DNA of 64,000 nucleotides from positions 95,206 to 159,205 of the forward strand of contig CABUGV010000002.1 in the NCBI GenBank assembly GCA_902491215.1. The letters are read 5' to 3'. Below, in pieces: positions 11,191 through 20,950 of this stretch. The translations under genes and the position numbers were made by a program. The DNA comes from an uncultured Bacteroides sp. Lineage in GTDB: Bacteria > Bacteroidota > Bacteroidia > Bacteroidales > Bacteroidaceae. Under the pieces are notes generated by a model. That model had not been told where the DNA came from and did no database searches. It worked only from the letters and a program-made list of their open reading frames with translations. Within the stretch, counting starts at the first letter, position 1. Each line of letters begins with the position of its first letter.

Positions 11191-12210
11191 ATGCTGGAGA
11201 AAATTAACGAATTGCTGAATGAAATTGAAGGGCTTCATGCCAACAGTGCTGAAGAAATAGAAGCTCTGCGTATCAAATACCTTAGTAAGAAAGGCTCAAT
11301 CACTAGCTTGATGGCCGATTTCAGAAATGTTCCTGCTGAACAGAAAAAAGAAATAGGAATCAAGATCAACGAGCTCAAGAACAAAGCACAGGAAAAAATA
11401 AATCTGCTGAAAAGCGAATTCGAAAATATAGATACTTCTGCCGACAATGTCGACATAACACGTACAGCCTATCCTATAAACCTCGGTACACGCCATCCGC
11501 TGACAATCGTGAAGAACGAAATCGTAGATATCTTCTCACGTTTGGGCTTTTCGCTTGCTGAAGGACCAGAAGTTGAGGACGACTGGCACGTATTCTCATC
11601 TATGAATTTCCCTGAAGACCACCCTGCACGCGACATGCAGGATACGTTCTTCATTGAATCACATCCAGACATTCTGCTCCGTACACACACAAGCTCCGTG
11701 CAGAGCCGTGTAATGGAAAAGCAGCAGCCGCCTATCAGAGTGCTCTGCCCTGGACGCGTATACCGCAACGAGGCCATAAGCGCACGTGCACACTGTTTCT
11801 TCCATCAGGTTGAAGGTCTGTATGTCGACACAGACGTAAGCTTCACAGATCTTAAACAGGTGCTTCTGCTCTTTGCAAAAGAAATGTTCGGAGAAGATAC
11901 AAAGATACGTCTTCGCCCTTCATACTTCCCATTCACAGAACCATCTGCAGAGATGGACATCAGCTGCAACATCTGCGGTGGCAAGGGATGCTCATTCTGC
12001 AAGCACACCGGATGGGTTGAGATTCTTGGATGCGGAATGGTACATCCTCAGGTGCTCGAACTCAACGGCATAGACAGCTCAAAATACAAGGGCTATGCAT
12101 TCGGTATGGGTATCGAACGTATCACAAATCTCAAGTATCAGGTCAAGGACTTGAGAATGTTCTCTGAAAACGACATCAGATTCCTCAAAGAATTTGAGGC
12201 TGCCAACTGA
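11191..12210 (+). CDS. pheS: Phenylalanine--tRNA ligase alpha subunit
   Basis: Class II aaRS motifs (FPFTEPSAEMDI, GMGIERI); 339 aa. Confidence 0.92.
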   Translation: MLEKINELLNEIEGLHANSAEEIEALRIKYLSKKGSITSLMADFRNVPAEQKKEIGIKINELKNKAQEKINLLKSEFENIDTSADNVDITRTAYPINLGTRHPLTIVKNEIVDIFSRLGFSLAEGPEVEDDWHVFSSMNFPEDHPARDMQDTFFIESHPDILLRTHTSSVQSRVMEKQQPPIRVLCPGRVYRNEAISARAHCFFHQVEGLYVDTDVSFTDLKQVLLLFAKEMFGEDTKIRLRPSYFPFTEPSAEMDISCNICGGKGCSFCKHTGWVEILGCGMVHPQVLELNGIDSSKYKGYAFGMGIERITNLKYQVKDLRMFSENDIRFLKEFEAAN

Positions 12211-12228
12211 TAAGGCATATATACAAAT

Positions 12229-12287
12229 GCAGTGGACAACGGTTTTTACAGATGTAAAAGTAAAATATGCATCCCGGTGTCCACTGC
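12229..12287 (+). terminator. Possible stem-loop downstream of pheS (long loop)
   Basis: gcagtggacaacgg ... ccggtgtccactgc gives a 14-bp stem with one mismatch and a loop of about 31 nt. There is no clear U-tract. Confidence 0.25.
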
Positions 12288-12399
12288 ATTAATAGTATAT
12301 ATACAATTATATATACGAAAGTAAAAAATCTCCGCTGCTTCACGGCATATACCGGTTGAAACAGTCTGTACAACAACTGCAGTCGTCACAACAACTCAC

Positions 12400-13596
12400 A
12401 TGGCAAAAGACAAACTGTTCACCAAGAGCTATTGCTGCATACTAGGTGCCAACTTTCTGCTCTACGTCGGATTCTGGCTTCTTCTTCCTGTACTCCCCTT
12501 TTATCTCAAAGAAGAATTCAGCTGTACGGAACTGATTATAGGTACCATCCTGTGCTGCTACACAATTTCCTCGCTGTGCATTCGCCCGTTCTCGGGATAT
12601 CTGCTCGATGCTTTCCAGCGAAAGCCACTATACATATTTGCATATTTCATTTTCTGCAGCATATTTGCAGGCTACATCGTGGCCGGCACGATAACATTGT
12701 TCATTATCTGCCGAGTAGTGCACGGATTGGCCTTCGGCACAGTTACCGTTGGAGGAAACACCATAGTTGTAGACATAATGCCTTCGTCCAGACGAGGCGA
12801 GGGCTTGGGCTACTATGGTCTCACCAACAATACAGCTATGAGCATAGGACCAATGATAGGACTTTTCCTGCACGGACGCATCTCTTACGATCAGATTTTC
12901 CTTGTGGCCTTTTCATGCACACTTATAGGCTTCATTCTTGCCAACATAGTGAAATGTCCTCCAAAGCCACAGATTAAGCGTCCGCCGATATCTCTCGACC
13001 GTTTCATTCTCGTCAAGGGCATACCGGCCAGCATAGCACTGCTCCTGCTCTCCATTCCTTACGGCGCTACAACCAACTATGTGGCTGTATATGCCAAGGA
13101 AATAGGTATACCGGTAGAAACAGGCTTCTTTTTCACCTGCATGGCCATAGGAATGGGCGTGAGCCGTATGTTTTCAGGCAAATGGGTGGATAAGGGATAC
13201 GTATGCAAAGTCATCTCACAAGGCTTCTATCTTATTATAACAGCTTTCGCACTGCTGTCATCATGTGCTTTTCTTGTGAAATGGAACACAGACGTATGCT
13301 CTGCCCTATTCTTCATCATACCTCTCATGCTGGGAGTTGGTTTCGGAATAATGTTTCCGGCATACAACACCCTTTATGTAAACCTGGCTCCAAACAATCA
13401 GAGGGCTACCGCGACATCGACCTACCTCACGGCTTGGGATGTCGGTTCTGGTATCGGCATATTCACCGGAGGTATGATAGCCGAACTCTTGTCGTTCGAC
13501 AAGGTGTATCTGTTCGGAGCTATACTATGCGTCATCTCCATGATTTACTTCAATGCAAAAGTTACTCCTCACTACGAAGCAAACAAAGTGAGATAA
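12400..13596 (+). CDS. MFS transporter
   Basis: 398 aa, about 12 predicted TM helices and an MFS signature region (GLGYYGLTNN). Confidence 0.8.
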   Translation: MAKDKLFTKSYCCILGANFLLYVGFWLLLPVLPFYLKEEFSCTELIIGTILCCYTISSLCIRPFSGYLLDAFQRKPLYIFAYFIFCSIFAGYIVAGTITLFIICRVVHGLAFGTVTVGGNTIVVDIMPSSRRGEGLGYYGLTNNTAMSIGPMIGLFLHGRISYDQIFLVAFSCTLIGFILANIVKCPPKPQIKRPPISLDRFILVKGIPASIALLLLSIPYGATTNYVAVYAKEIGIPVETGFFFTCMAIGMGVSRMFSGKWVDKGYVCKVISQGFYLIITAFALLSSCAFLVKWNTDVCSALFFIIPLMLGVGFGIMFPAYNTLYVNLAPNNQRATATSTYLTAWDVGSGIGIFTGGMIAELLSFDKVYLFGAILCVISMIYFNAKVTPHYEANKVR

Positions 13597-13679
13597 GACG
13601 CTGAAGAACCAAGAAAATTCCGATTTTTATATCACTAAAATATTCGCAACGCGCACAAAACTATAAAACACTTCAAGCT

Positions 13680-15218
13680 ATGCAGAAGACCATATCCATA
13701 AAGGAGGGAGTGGCACGCCATCCGCTTTACCGCTTCAAGAATCCCATAAATCTCGACATAATGGCGGGAGAACATATCGCCATAACCGGCGACAACGGTT
13801 CGGGAAAATCGATGCTCGTAGACATTCTCACAGAGAAGCATCCGCTGCTCATCACACATGTAGAATACGACTTTGCACCGAGCAAGGCCAAGATGGTCAG
13901 CGACAACATAAAATACATCACATTCCGCGACTCATACGGCACAAGCGACGGTCAGTATTACTATCAGCAGCGATGGAACCAGCACGATGTTGACGACACA
14001 CCGCTCGTCGGCGAACTTCTCGACGAGGCATACGCTTCTGCCGAAAACAACATCAACAGCCAGAAAGACATAAGCGACGAAGACAAGAAGCAGATATCGC
14101 TAGAAAGAATCTCTCTACGCCACCACCTGTACAAGATTTTCCATCTCGAACAACTGCTCGACAAGAGAATAATCATGCTCAGCAGCGGTGAGCTCAGAAA
14201 ATTTCAGCTCACAAAAACCCTGCTCAGTAATCCGCGCATACTGATAATGGACAATCCGTTCATCGGACTTGACACTACTGCACGCGAGCAGCTGCGCGAA
14301 CTGCTGGAGGTTCTCACTAGAGAAACCGAACTGCAGATAATACTGGTTCTTTCTAAGACGGACGACATTCCGGACTTCATCACACACGTCATCAATGTGG
14401 AGAACATGGATATGCATCCGAAGACCACTCTCCGCGAATATCTCGACAATCTCAAGGCCATACCGCCACATGTGCTGACAGAAGAAAAAGCTCAGAAAAT
14501 CGTAGACCTGCCGTACAATGATCCTGACGACCTTACAGCCGAACCCGGAACACGCCACGTCATCGACTTCAAGAACGTGTGCATACGCTACGGTGAGCGC
14601 ACCATACTGAAGGACCTCAACCTGACAGTGATGAACGGCGAGCGCTGGGCACTGAGCGGCGAGAACGGTGCCGGAAAATCTACCCTTCTCAGCCTCGTAT
14701 GTGCCGACAACCCGCAGTCGTATGCCAACGACATCGTGCTCTTCGGCAGACAGCGCGGAAGCGGCGAAAGCATCTGGGACATCAAGAAGCACATAGGCTA
14801 CATAAGTCCGGAGATGCACCGCGCATACATGAAGGACATACCGGCAATAGAAATAGTGGCCTCGGGCCTCAGCGACTCCGTCGGTCTCTACCGCAAACCG
14901 AAGCCGGAACAGATGGGCACATGCGAATTCTGGATGGACATGTTCGGCATCCTCAAACACAGAGACACAACATTCCTCAAGCTGTCGAGCGGCGAACAGC
15001 GCCTGGTGCTCCTAGCCAGAGCTTTCGTAAAAGACCCGTCGCTCCTCATACTCGACGAACCTCTACACGGGCTCGACATGATGAACAGACGTCTGGTGAA
15101 GGACATAATAGAAACTTTCTGCAGACGACACAACCGCACACTCATCATGGTCACCCACTATCAGGAGGAACTGCCCGACTGCATAGACCACAAGATATAT
15201 CTGAAAAAGAATGCCTGA
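13680..15218 (+). CDS. ABC transporter ATP-binding protein with tandem NBDs (ModF-like)
   Basis: Two Walker A motifs (GDNGSGKS, GENGAGKST) and two LSSGE signatures; no TM domain. Confidence 0.85.
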   Translation: MQKTISIKEGVARHPLYRFKNPINLDIMAGEHIAITGDNGSGKSMLVDILTEKHPLLITHVEYDFAPSKAKMVSDNIKYITFRDSYGTSDGQYYYQQRWNQHDVDDTPLVGELLDEAYASAENNINSQKDISDEDKKQISLERISLRHHLYKIFHLEQLLDKRIIMLSSGELRKFQLTKTLLSNPRILIMDNPFIGLDTTAREQLRELLEVLTRETELQIILVLSKTDDIPDFITHVINVENMDMHPKTTLREYLDNLKAIPPHVLTEEKAQKIVDLPYNDPDDLTAEPGTRHVIDFKNVCIRYGERTILKDLNLTVMNGERWALSGENGAGKSTLLSLVCADNPQSYANDIVLFGRQRGSGESIWDIKKHIGYISPEMHRAYMKDIPAIEIVASGLSDSVGLYRKPKPEQMGTCEFWMDMFGILKHRDTTFLKLSSGEQRLVLLARAFVKDPSLLILDEPLHGLDMMNRRLVKDIIETFCRRHNRTLIMVTHYQEELPDCIDHKIYLKKNA

Positions 15219-15282
15219 AGCGGTGCATCCGTATCGGCTGTCTCAATCCGCAATCTGCATCATGCACAAGCACGGCAAAAAT

Positions 15283-15372
15283 TGCAAGCGCCCGCAGATG
15301 AAATTCCGAGCGCTCGAAAAATAAATCGCAGGCGCTCGCAGAACGGACGTTGAGCCTGTCCGATAAGCAGAA
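15283..15372 (+). repeat. Dispersed intergenic GC-palindrome repeat element, copy B
   Basis: gcaagcgcccgcagatgaaatt / ccgagcgctcgaaaaataaat / cgcaggcgctcgcagaacgg / gagcctgtccgataagcag. Collinear with copy A. Confidence 0.6.
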
Positions 15373-15425
15373 TTGTGCACACGAACAAGAAATAAAGTTA
15401 CAACAACTGAATAAAATTCACAGCA

Positions 15426-17264
15426 ATGAGAAAAGAAATCATTACATCCATGGCCCTGCTGGCAGCTCTGACGTCGGCTTCGGCCAAAAACAAGGTGATT
15501 GAAGATCCGAGTCTGAAATTCTCATCTACTCCGGTGCTCGGCATAGACGAGATAATATTGGGCGACACGGCTACAACCGTAAAGTTCAGCATTGAAGATA
15601 CACCTGGAAAAACATTCACCATCGCTTCTAGAGCGGCACTCTATGCCGGCGGACAGAAGTACGCCTACACTTCATGTTCGGGCATCACACCTGACATGGC
15701 AACAGCTGTACCAGCTGAAGGCGAACTCCACTTCACAATGAATTTCAAGCCTGTACCATCTGGCACAAAAACGGTTGATTTCAAAGAATCTGAATCGGAC
15801 AAAGGATGGAGCATCTGGGGCATTCATCTCGACGGCAAGAAGGAAAAGGTGGATGTACCTGCCGAACTGCGCAAGCAGAAGCTCGACCGCGAACAGCCGC
15901 TTCCTGCCATCGTCCCTTCATACGGTTATGCAGAAATAAGCGGACGCCTGCTCGGCTACTCTACCGACATGAATTTCAGCGTCAGCCTTACATCAACCGA
16001 CATGCTTACGCTCAACGACGAGACTGTCGACTGCACACTCTCGCCTGATGGAAGCTTCACCGGCAAAGTGATGCTCTGCGCTACAGCACCTATATATTTG
16101 AACGTAGGCGAACACAGAATTGAACTTCTTGCTTCGCCTGGCAAATCAGCTTCAGTAACAGTGAGCCTGCCAGGAATCTCTGAAGACAACGACAGGGATG
16201 ACGCGAAGAGCATTTGGTTTGAAGGCGAACTCAGCGCATTCAACGACGAGTACAACTCGCTCGACGATGATGTCACCGAAAAAGCCCTCTACAAGTGGGA
16301 TTTTCCAGAGTTCAAGTCCTCCGGAATTGTTCCTTTCAAGGAAAAACAGCTGAAGACTCTCAACTTGATAAAGGCCAACATCGACAGCGACAAGAATCTG
16401 AGCAGTGTCATGAAGAACTATCTTAAAGCGAGAACAGAACTTGCAGCAAGCATCAACATCATCACAGCACCGCTCCTCTACCGCAACATGACTCAGGGCA
16501 AGGAAGCAGAAGTGCCGGCCGACTACTACGACGAGGTAATATCGATGAACGCATTCAACAACAAGTTCAATGCATACACAAGCATGGCACCACGCCTTGC
16601 ACAGCTCACAGTTGCTATCGCTAGAAACAACGAAAAACTCTACAACCTCTTCAAGGACAACAGCGAACTCATTCCGCAGCTCACTTACGCACAGACCGTT
16701 GCCAAACAGTTTGCAGACTTTACACCTGTCAGTGACGAAATAAAAGAAGCAATCAAGGGCAATTCTCCGGCATTTGCAGACAAACTCTTCGAAATGAACG
16801 ATGAAGTTGTTGCCCGCATCGAAGCCAACAAGAGCAAGACCGGATATACGGTTCATGATCTTGACGAGAATCTAAAGGGTGCCGACGTATTCAACAATAT
16901 CATATCGCAGTTCAAGGGCAAACCAATCCTCGTTGACTTCTGGGCAACATGGTGCGGACCTTGCCGCATGGGCATGAAGACCATCGAACCGCTCAAACAG
17001 GAAATGGCCGGCAAAGTGACATTCGTTTACGTATCAGGTGTGACATCGCCTAAGAATCTTTGGCAGAACATGATACCGGACATCCACGGCGAACACTTCT
17101 ATGTAACCGCAGAGCAGTGGCAGACACTCCTCTCGCAGTTCGAAAGTCAGGGCATACCGACATACGTGGTTGTCGACAAGGACGGAAATGTTCAGAGCAA
17201 ATTCATTGGTTTCCCTGGAAATGACAAACTCAAGGAAGAATTCGAAAAAGCTCTGGCAAAATAA
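15426..17264 (+). CDS. TlpA-family thiol:disulfide oxidoreductase with a long N-terminal extracytoplasmic domain
   Basis: Signal peptide and a C-terminal thioredoxin fold with WCGPC ([10 protein letters not shown]); 612 aa. Confidence 0.8.
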   Translation: MRKEIITSMALLAALTSASAKNKVIEDPSLKFSSTPVLGIDEIILGDTATTVKFSIEDTPGKTFTIASRAALYAGGQKYAYTSCSGITPDMATAVPAEGELHFTMNFKPVPSGTKTVDFKESESDKGWSIWGIHLDGKKEKVDVPAELRKQKLDREQPLPAIVPSYGYAEISGRLLGYSTDMNFSVSLTSTDMLTLNDETVDCTLSPDGSFTGKVMLCATAPIYLNVGEHRIELLASPGKSASVTVSLPGISEDNDRDDAKSIWFEGELSAFNDEYNSLDDDVTEKALYKWDFPEFKSSGIVPFKEKQLKTLNLIKANIDSDKNLSSVMKNYLKARTELAASINIITAPLLYRNMTQGKEAEVPADYYDEVISMNAFNNKFNAYTSMAPRLAQLTVAIARNNEKLYNLFKDNSELIPQLTYAQTVAKQFADFTPVSDEIKEAIKGNSPAFADKLFEMNDEVVARIEANKSKTGYTVHDLDENLKGADVFNNIISQFKGKPILVDFWATWCGPCRMGMKTIEPLKQEMAGKVTFVYVSGVTSPKNLWQNMIPDIHGEHFYVTAEQWQTLLSQFESQGIPTYVVVDKDGNVQSKFIGFPGNDKLKEEFEKALAK

Positions 17265-17285
17265 AATTCTTGAATGAATAAACAA

Positions 17286-17330
17286 AAAATCAGGCGCACC
17301 CTTTTATGCAGATGCGCCTGATTTTTTATT
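17286..17330. terminator. Rho-independent terminator (bidirectional)
   Basis: atcaggcgca ... tgcgcctgat stem followed by TTTTTTATT. It is flanked by an A-run on the other side, between convergent genes. Confidence 0.75.
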
Positions 17331-17398
17331 TATAGAAATATCCATTAAAGAAATACAAAGACATTATTTATCATGCATTCACAGAAGGAGAATAAGTA

Positions 17399-18463
17399 TC
17401 AATCTTCAGAGAACTGACGTATACGCTGTTCCTCGCTCAGCTTGCAGATAAGCAGAACTCCGTCTTTCTCCGCAACAATGCATGAGTCAAGTCCCTGCAC
17501 AACAACTTTCTTTGCACCGACAGCATGAACGATGCAGTTGCGTGTGTCATACAGGCGAATATTGTCGCCGATAACATTATTCTTATATTCATCCTGCTTT
17601 GCCAATGTATGCAGAGAGCCCCATGTGCCGAGATCGCTCCATCCGAAATCTGCAGGATAAACGAAAATCTCTTCTGCCTTCTCCATTATGGCGTAGTCTA
17701 CAGAAATGTTCTCGCAAGTAGGGAAAACGCGGTTGATGGTTTCCTGCTCTTCCGCAGTGCCGTAGCACGACTGTATGCCTTCGAAAATAGAAGAAAGTGT
17801 CGGCTGGTACACTCTCAGCGCATTGACCACAGTCTTTACGCTCCAAACGAAAATGCCCGCATTCCAGAAAAACTCACCGCTCTTGATGTATTCCTTTGCA
17901 ACATCAAGCGACGGCTTCTCCTTGAAATTGTCCACACGGTATATGTTCTTGTTGCGTGGAGACGAACATGAAAGGTCTGCCTGAATATATCCGTATCCTG
18001 TTTCAGGACGCGAAGGCTTGATGCCGACAGTGACGATAGCGTCAGTGCTTGCAGTGAAATCGAGTGCAGAAGATATTACATTCCTGAAAGTCTCAGTATC
18101 TGTAACAATATGGTCGCTCGGTGTTACAACAAGGTTTGCATTCGGATTCTTCGTCTTGATTCTCCAGCTCACGTATGCAATGCATGGAGCAGTGTTTCGT
18201 CTGCACGGTTCAAGAAGTATGTTTGATTCCGGTATCTCCGGAAGCTGTTCCTTTACTATAGAAGCATAATTTGCAGAAGTAACCACCCAAAAGTTCTCTG
18301 GAGGACAAATGCCTCGGAAACGCTCGTAAGTCATCTGAATAATGGTTTTACCGCATCCGAGCACGTCAATAAACTGCTTTGGACACTCTGGAGTACTCAT
18401 CGGCCAGAAACGGCTTCCAACTCCTCCGGCCATTATTACAACATTATTGTTCTGATTATTCAT
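17399..18463 (-). CDS. Mannose-1-phosphate guanylyltransferase
   Basis: MNNQNNNVVIMAGGVGSRFWPMS nucleotidyltransferase motif. The 26-aa N-terminal extension in the track comes from an upstream non-ATG start. Confidence 0.85.
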   Translation of the reverse strand: MNNQNNNVVIMAGGVGSRFWPMSTPECPKQFIDVLGCGKTIIQMTYERFRGICPPENFWVVTSANYASIVKEQLPEIPESNILLEPCRRNTAPCIAYVSWRIKTKNPNANLVVTPSDHIVTDTETFRNVISSALDFTASTDAIVTVGIKPSRPETGYGYIQADLSCSSPRNKNIYRVDNFKEKPSLDVAKEYIKSGEFFWNAGIFVWSVKTVVNALRVYQPTLSSIFEGIQSCYGTAEEQETINRVFPTCENISVDYAIMEKAEEIFVYPADFGWSDLGTWGSLHTLAKQDEYKNNVIGDNIRLYDTRNCIVHAVGAKKVVVQGLDSCIVAEKDGVLLICKLSEEQRIRQFSED

Positions 18464-18556
18464 CGAAGTTTTGAATTTAAAAGTGCAACAATAGACAAAT
18501 GTATCAAAAAAAACATATCTTTGCACAAATTTCACAAACATTAAATAAAAGTATAC

Positions 18557-19300
18557 ATGAAAAAGAATCTACTTCTTGCGTTGGCACTTATGTTCTGCGG
18601 CGCTGCAAGTGCTCAGGACATACAGTTGCACTACGATTTCGGAAGCGCAATCTACAACGACATTCCTGAACGTCCGAAAGTAACAACAACTGTAGAAATG
18701 TTTAAGGCCGACAAGTGGGGAAGCACATATTTCTTTACAGATATCGACTATTACAGCACTGGTACAGCAGGTGCATACTGGGAAATTTCCAGGGAATTCA
18801 ATGTAAGCAAAAACAAGCAGTGGGCAGCACACGTGGAGTACAACGGCGGAATGAGCTCAGACAAGCATCTTAACATGCCTCCATCAAGATTCCAGCATTC
18901 AGTACTCGTGGGTCCGGCATGGAACTGGGCAAGCAAGGATTTCAGCAAGACATTCTCTGTACAGCTCATGTACAAATATTACTTCAAGGGTGCACAGCCA
19001 TATCAGAGTGCATTCAACGGATTCCAGCTCACAGAAGTTTGGAGCGTGACTTTTGCAAACAAGCTCTGCACATTCTCAGGATTCGCAGATCTCTGGTATG
19101 ACAAGAATGTCAACGGAAAACTGATATTCATGTCAGAGCCTCAGTTCTGGTTCAATCTGAACACAATAAAGGGTATGGAAGGCGTAAACCTCAGTCTCGG
19201 TACTGAAGTTGAAATCAGCAACAACTTCGTATACAACGACATGGGAAGAAACAACAAGCTGTACGCAATTCCTACAATTGCTGCAAAATGGACATTCTGA
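18557..19300 (+). CDS. Outer-membrane beta-barrel protein of unknown function (DUF5020-like)
   Basis: Signal peptide, alternating hydrophobic beta-strand pattern and a C-terminal aromatic residue (…AAKWTF). Confidence 0.5.
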   Translation: MKKNLLLALALMFCGAASAQDIQLHYDFGSAIYNDIPERPKVTTTVEMFKADKWGSTYFFTDIDYYSTGTAGAYWEISREFNVSKNKQWAAHVEYNGGMSSDKHLNMPPSRFQHSVLVGPAWNWASKDFSKTFSVQLMYKYYFKGAQPYQSAFNGFQLTEVWSVTFANKLCTFSGFADLWYDKNVNGKLIFMSEPQFWFNLNTIKGMEGVNLSLGTEVEISNNFVYNDMGRNNKLYAIPTIAAKWTF

Positions 19301-19353
19301 TTATGCAAGACGCAGCATAAAGAAAAACAACCAAATAAAAAATAGAACAAAAC

Positions 19354-19397
19354 AAAGGCCGTACCGAAACAGAACATAATCTGACGGTACGGCCTTT
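19354..19397. terminator. Bidirectional hairpin terminator between convergent genes
   Basis: aaaggccgtaccg ... cggtacggccttt is a 13-bp perfect stem. The minus-strand transcript would have a T-rich tail. Confidence 0.55.
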
Positions 19398-19442
19398 GCT
19401 GTATAACAAATCCGAAAAAGCTGCAAATACGCATATTATAGA

Positions 19443-20147
19443 CTAAGCATAATATTTGTTCCTCCCGCTTCTGAAAAACACGAAAAGATGCAGAATCAAA
19501 GGCAGGTAATAAACCACATACTCAAACACAGTCATGTAAATATCCGAAACTTCAGAAGAAACGGCACATACGTAACGTATGCATCCCACAAGTTCAGAGG
19601 CAATTACCAACGTAAGAAAATATGGAGCCATTGATCTCAAAAGAGCAACATGAGCATCGATTGTATCCGCGAGCGACACGAAACGGCCTGACGTATAACC
19701 ATAAACATTGCCAGCAATAATCATAAGCAATACCGCCATTCCTGGAAGTCCTTTGAGAAACGAAGAATGTGCTACAGTTCCAACTGCACTAAGAAGAGGT
19801 CCTCCGCGGAAAAGAATCATTCCTAAAACAAGCGAAACATACACTATTACAACAAGCAGTGTCAGCATGAACGCCCTGCGCTGCTTGAGCGACCGATGTC
19901 CGCAAACTACAGCAGGAAGCCCCGACTCGACAAACACACCTAAACCAATGAGTGCAAAAACGACATACTGCAAACGGGCCATGCCGATATTGGACACAAT
20001 GTGGGAAACCGACCATCTAAGACCGTCGGAACTGACAAGACTGCGCACGTTCCATTCGTATACTCCTCCTATAAGCGAAAGGAAAGCAACCAACAGAATG
20101 GATGCAATCATGATAAGCGGCAGGCGCTTAAGCAGGTTATTCATCAT
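19443..20147 (-). pseudogene. AbgT-family (p-aminobenzoyl-glutamate / antimetabolite transporter) N-terminal fragment, 234 aa
   Basis: The N-terminus (LLKRLPLIMIASILLVAF…SLVSSDGLRW…FALIGLGVFVESGL) resembles AbgT/MtrF. Full-length family members are about 500-520 aa, and this ORF stops after about 230 aa. Confidence 0.4.
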
Positions 20148-20859
20148 CTGGTTCCAAATTGTCTATATCTATTATGCGAAGCTCCAATGCTCTGGTCACA
20201 AGACGTGTAGCATTTATGCCACCCCTTTCATTGTCTGGGAAAAGACGCGAAATCAGGTCGTTCTGACGCTTCTCGAGAGATTTTACACCGAACGGCATAC
20301 CCTTGAGCGATGCAATCATTTCTTTCGTATAGCCAAGAGCCAGGTGTCTGAGCATACGCTCGTCATACTCGTCAATATCATAGTCTACTATCGCTTCTTG
20401 TCGCTTGTTTTCATTAAGTACCGATTGACGGAAACGTTCAACAATCTTTTCCAGAATAGGCTGATTGAATACAAGTTTCTTGCCGTCAATAACGCTCTGA
20501 ACATCACCGCTGGTAAGAAGTTCTCCACACTTGAGAATAATGCCGTCTGCCCCTGCATCAAGCACGTCAACCCAGAGTTTCTCATTCAAAATCTCGCCAG
20601 TAAATATAAGTACATGCACATGCGGATAGCGCGAACGAATATTACGACAAATGTCAACACCGACAGTTGTAGAACCGCCCAGACCTAAATCCAGCAGTAC
20701 GAGATCCGGTTCCTGCTTTTCCATCAGTGACCAGAAATCAGACTCGGTCATAGCAGTACCAATAACTTCAGCCTGAGGTATCTCGTTACGAAAAATCTCT
20801 TCAGTTCCCTTGAGTTCAAGCTTGACATCTTCTACTATTATAACTTTAAACTTATCCAC
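20137..20859 (-). CDS. Response regulator, REC domain plus LuxR-type HTH
   Basis: Receiver domain (LVLLDLGLGG) and a C-terminal LuxR-like helix. It overlaps the downstream gene by 11 bp. Confidence 0.75.
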   Translation of the reverse strand: MDKFKVIIVEDVKLELKGTEEIFRNEIPQAEVIGTAMTESDFWSLMEKQEPDLVLLDLGLGGSTTVGVDICRNIRSRYPHVHVLIFTGEILNEKLWVDVLDAGADGIILKCGELLTSGDVQSVIDGKKLVFNQPILEKIVERFRQSVLNENKRQEAIVDYDIDEYDERMLRHLALGYTKEMIASLKGMPFGVKSLEKRQNDLISRLFPDNERGGINATRLVTRALELRIIDIDNLEPDDE

Positions 20860-20950
20860 GTTGAAATATTTCTTTTATGTTAAACAATTATCATTACTAA
20901 ATAAATCCTTTTATAGAACACAATTTCTGACAGCTCAATGCCCGAGACTG

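Noticed and set aside
14115-14960. 281-aa minus-strand ORF inside the tandem-NBD ABC ATPase gene
   Set aside because: It lies within a gene with two intact Walker A and signature motifs. The Ala/Val/His-rich translation has no recognisable features, so this is a shadow ORF.
16152-16856. 234-aa minus-strand ORF inside the TlpA-like gene (and the 15956-16276 ORF)
   Set aside because: It overlaps a signal-peptide-bearing thioredoxin gene on the other strand. The Cys/Val-rich translation looks nonsensical, so it is spurious.
17399-18541. N-terminal extensions in track ORFs (for example MFVKFVQRYV… on the guanylyltransferase; also the 32733, 37488, 38605-39963, 52209 and 53643 starts)
   Set aside because: The track translates TTG/GTG as M and takes the longest ORF. 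In each case a downstream ATG gives the canonical N-terminus or signal peptide, and the extension overlaps the upstream gene or intergenic hairpins.
19708-20688. 326-aa plus-strand ORF spanning the AbgT-like and response-regulator genes
   Set aside because: It crosses two minus-strand genes that have clear domain signatures, and its own translation has none.
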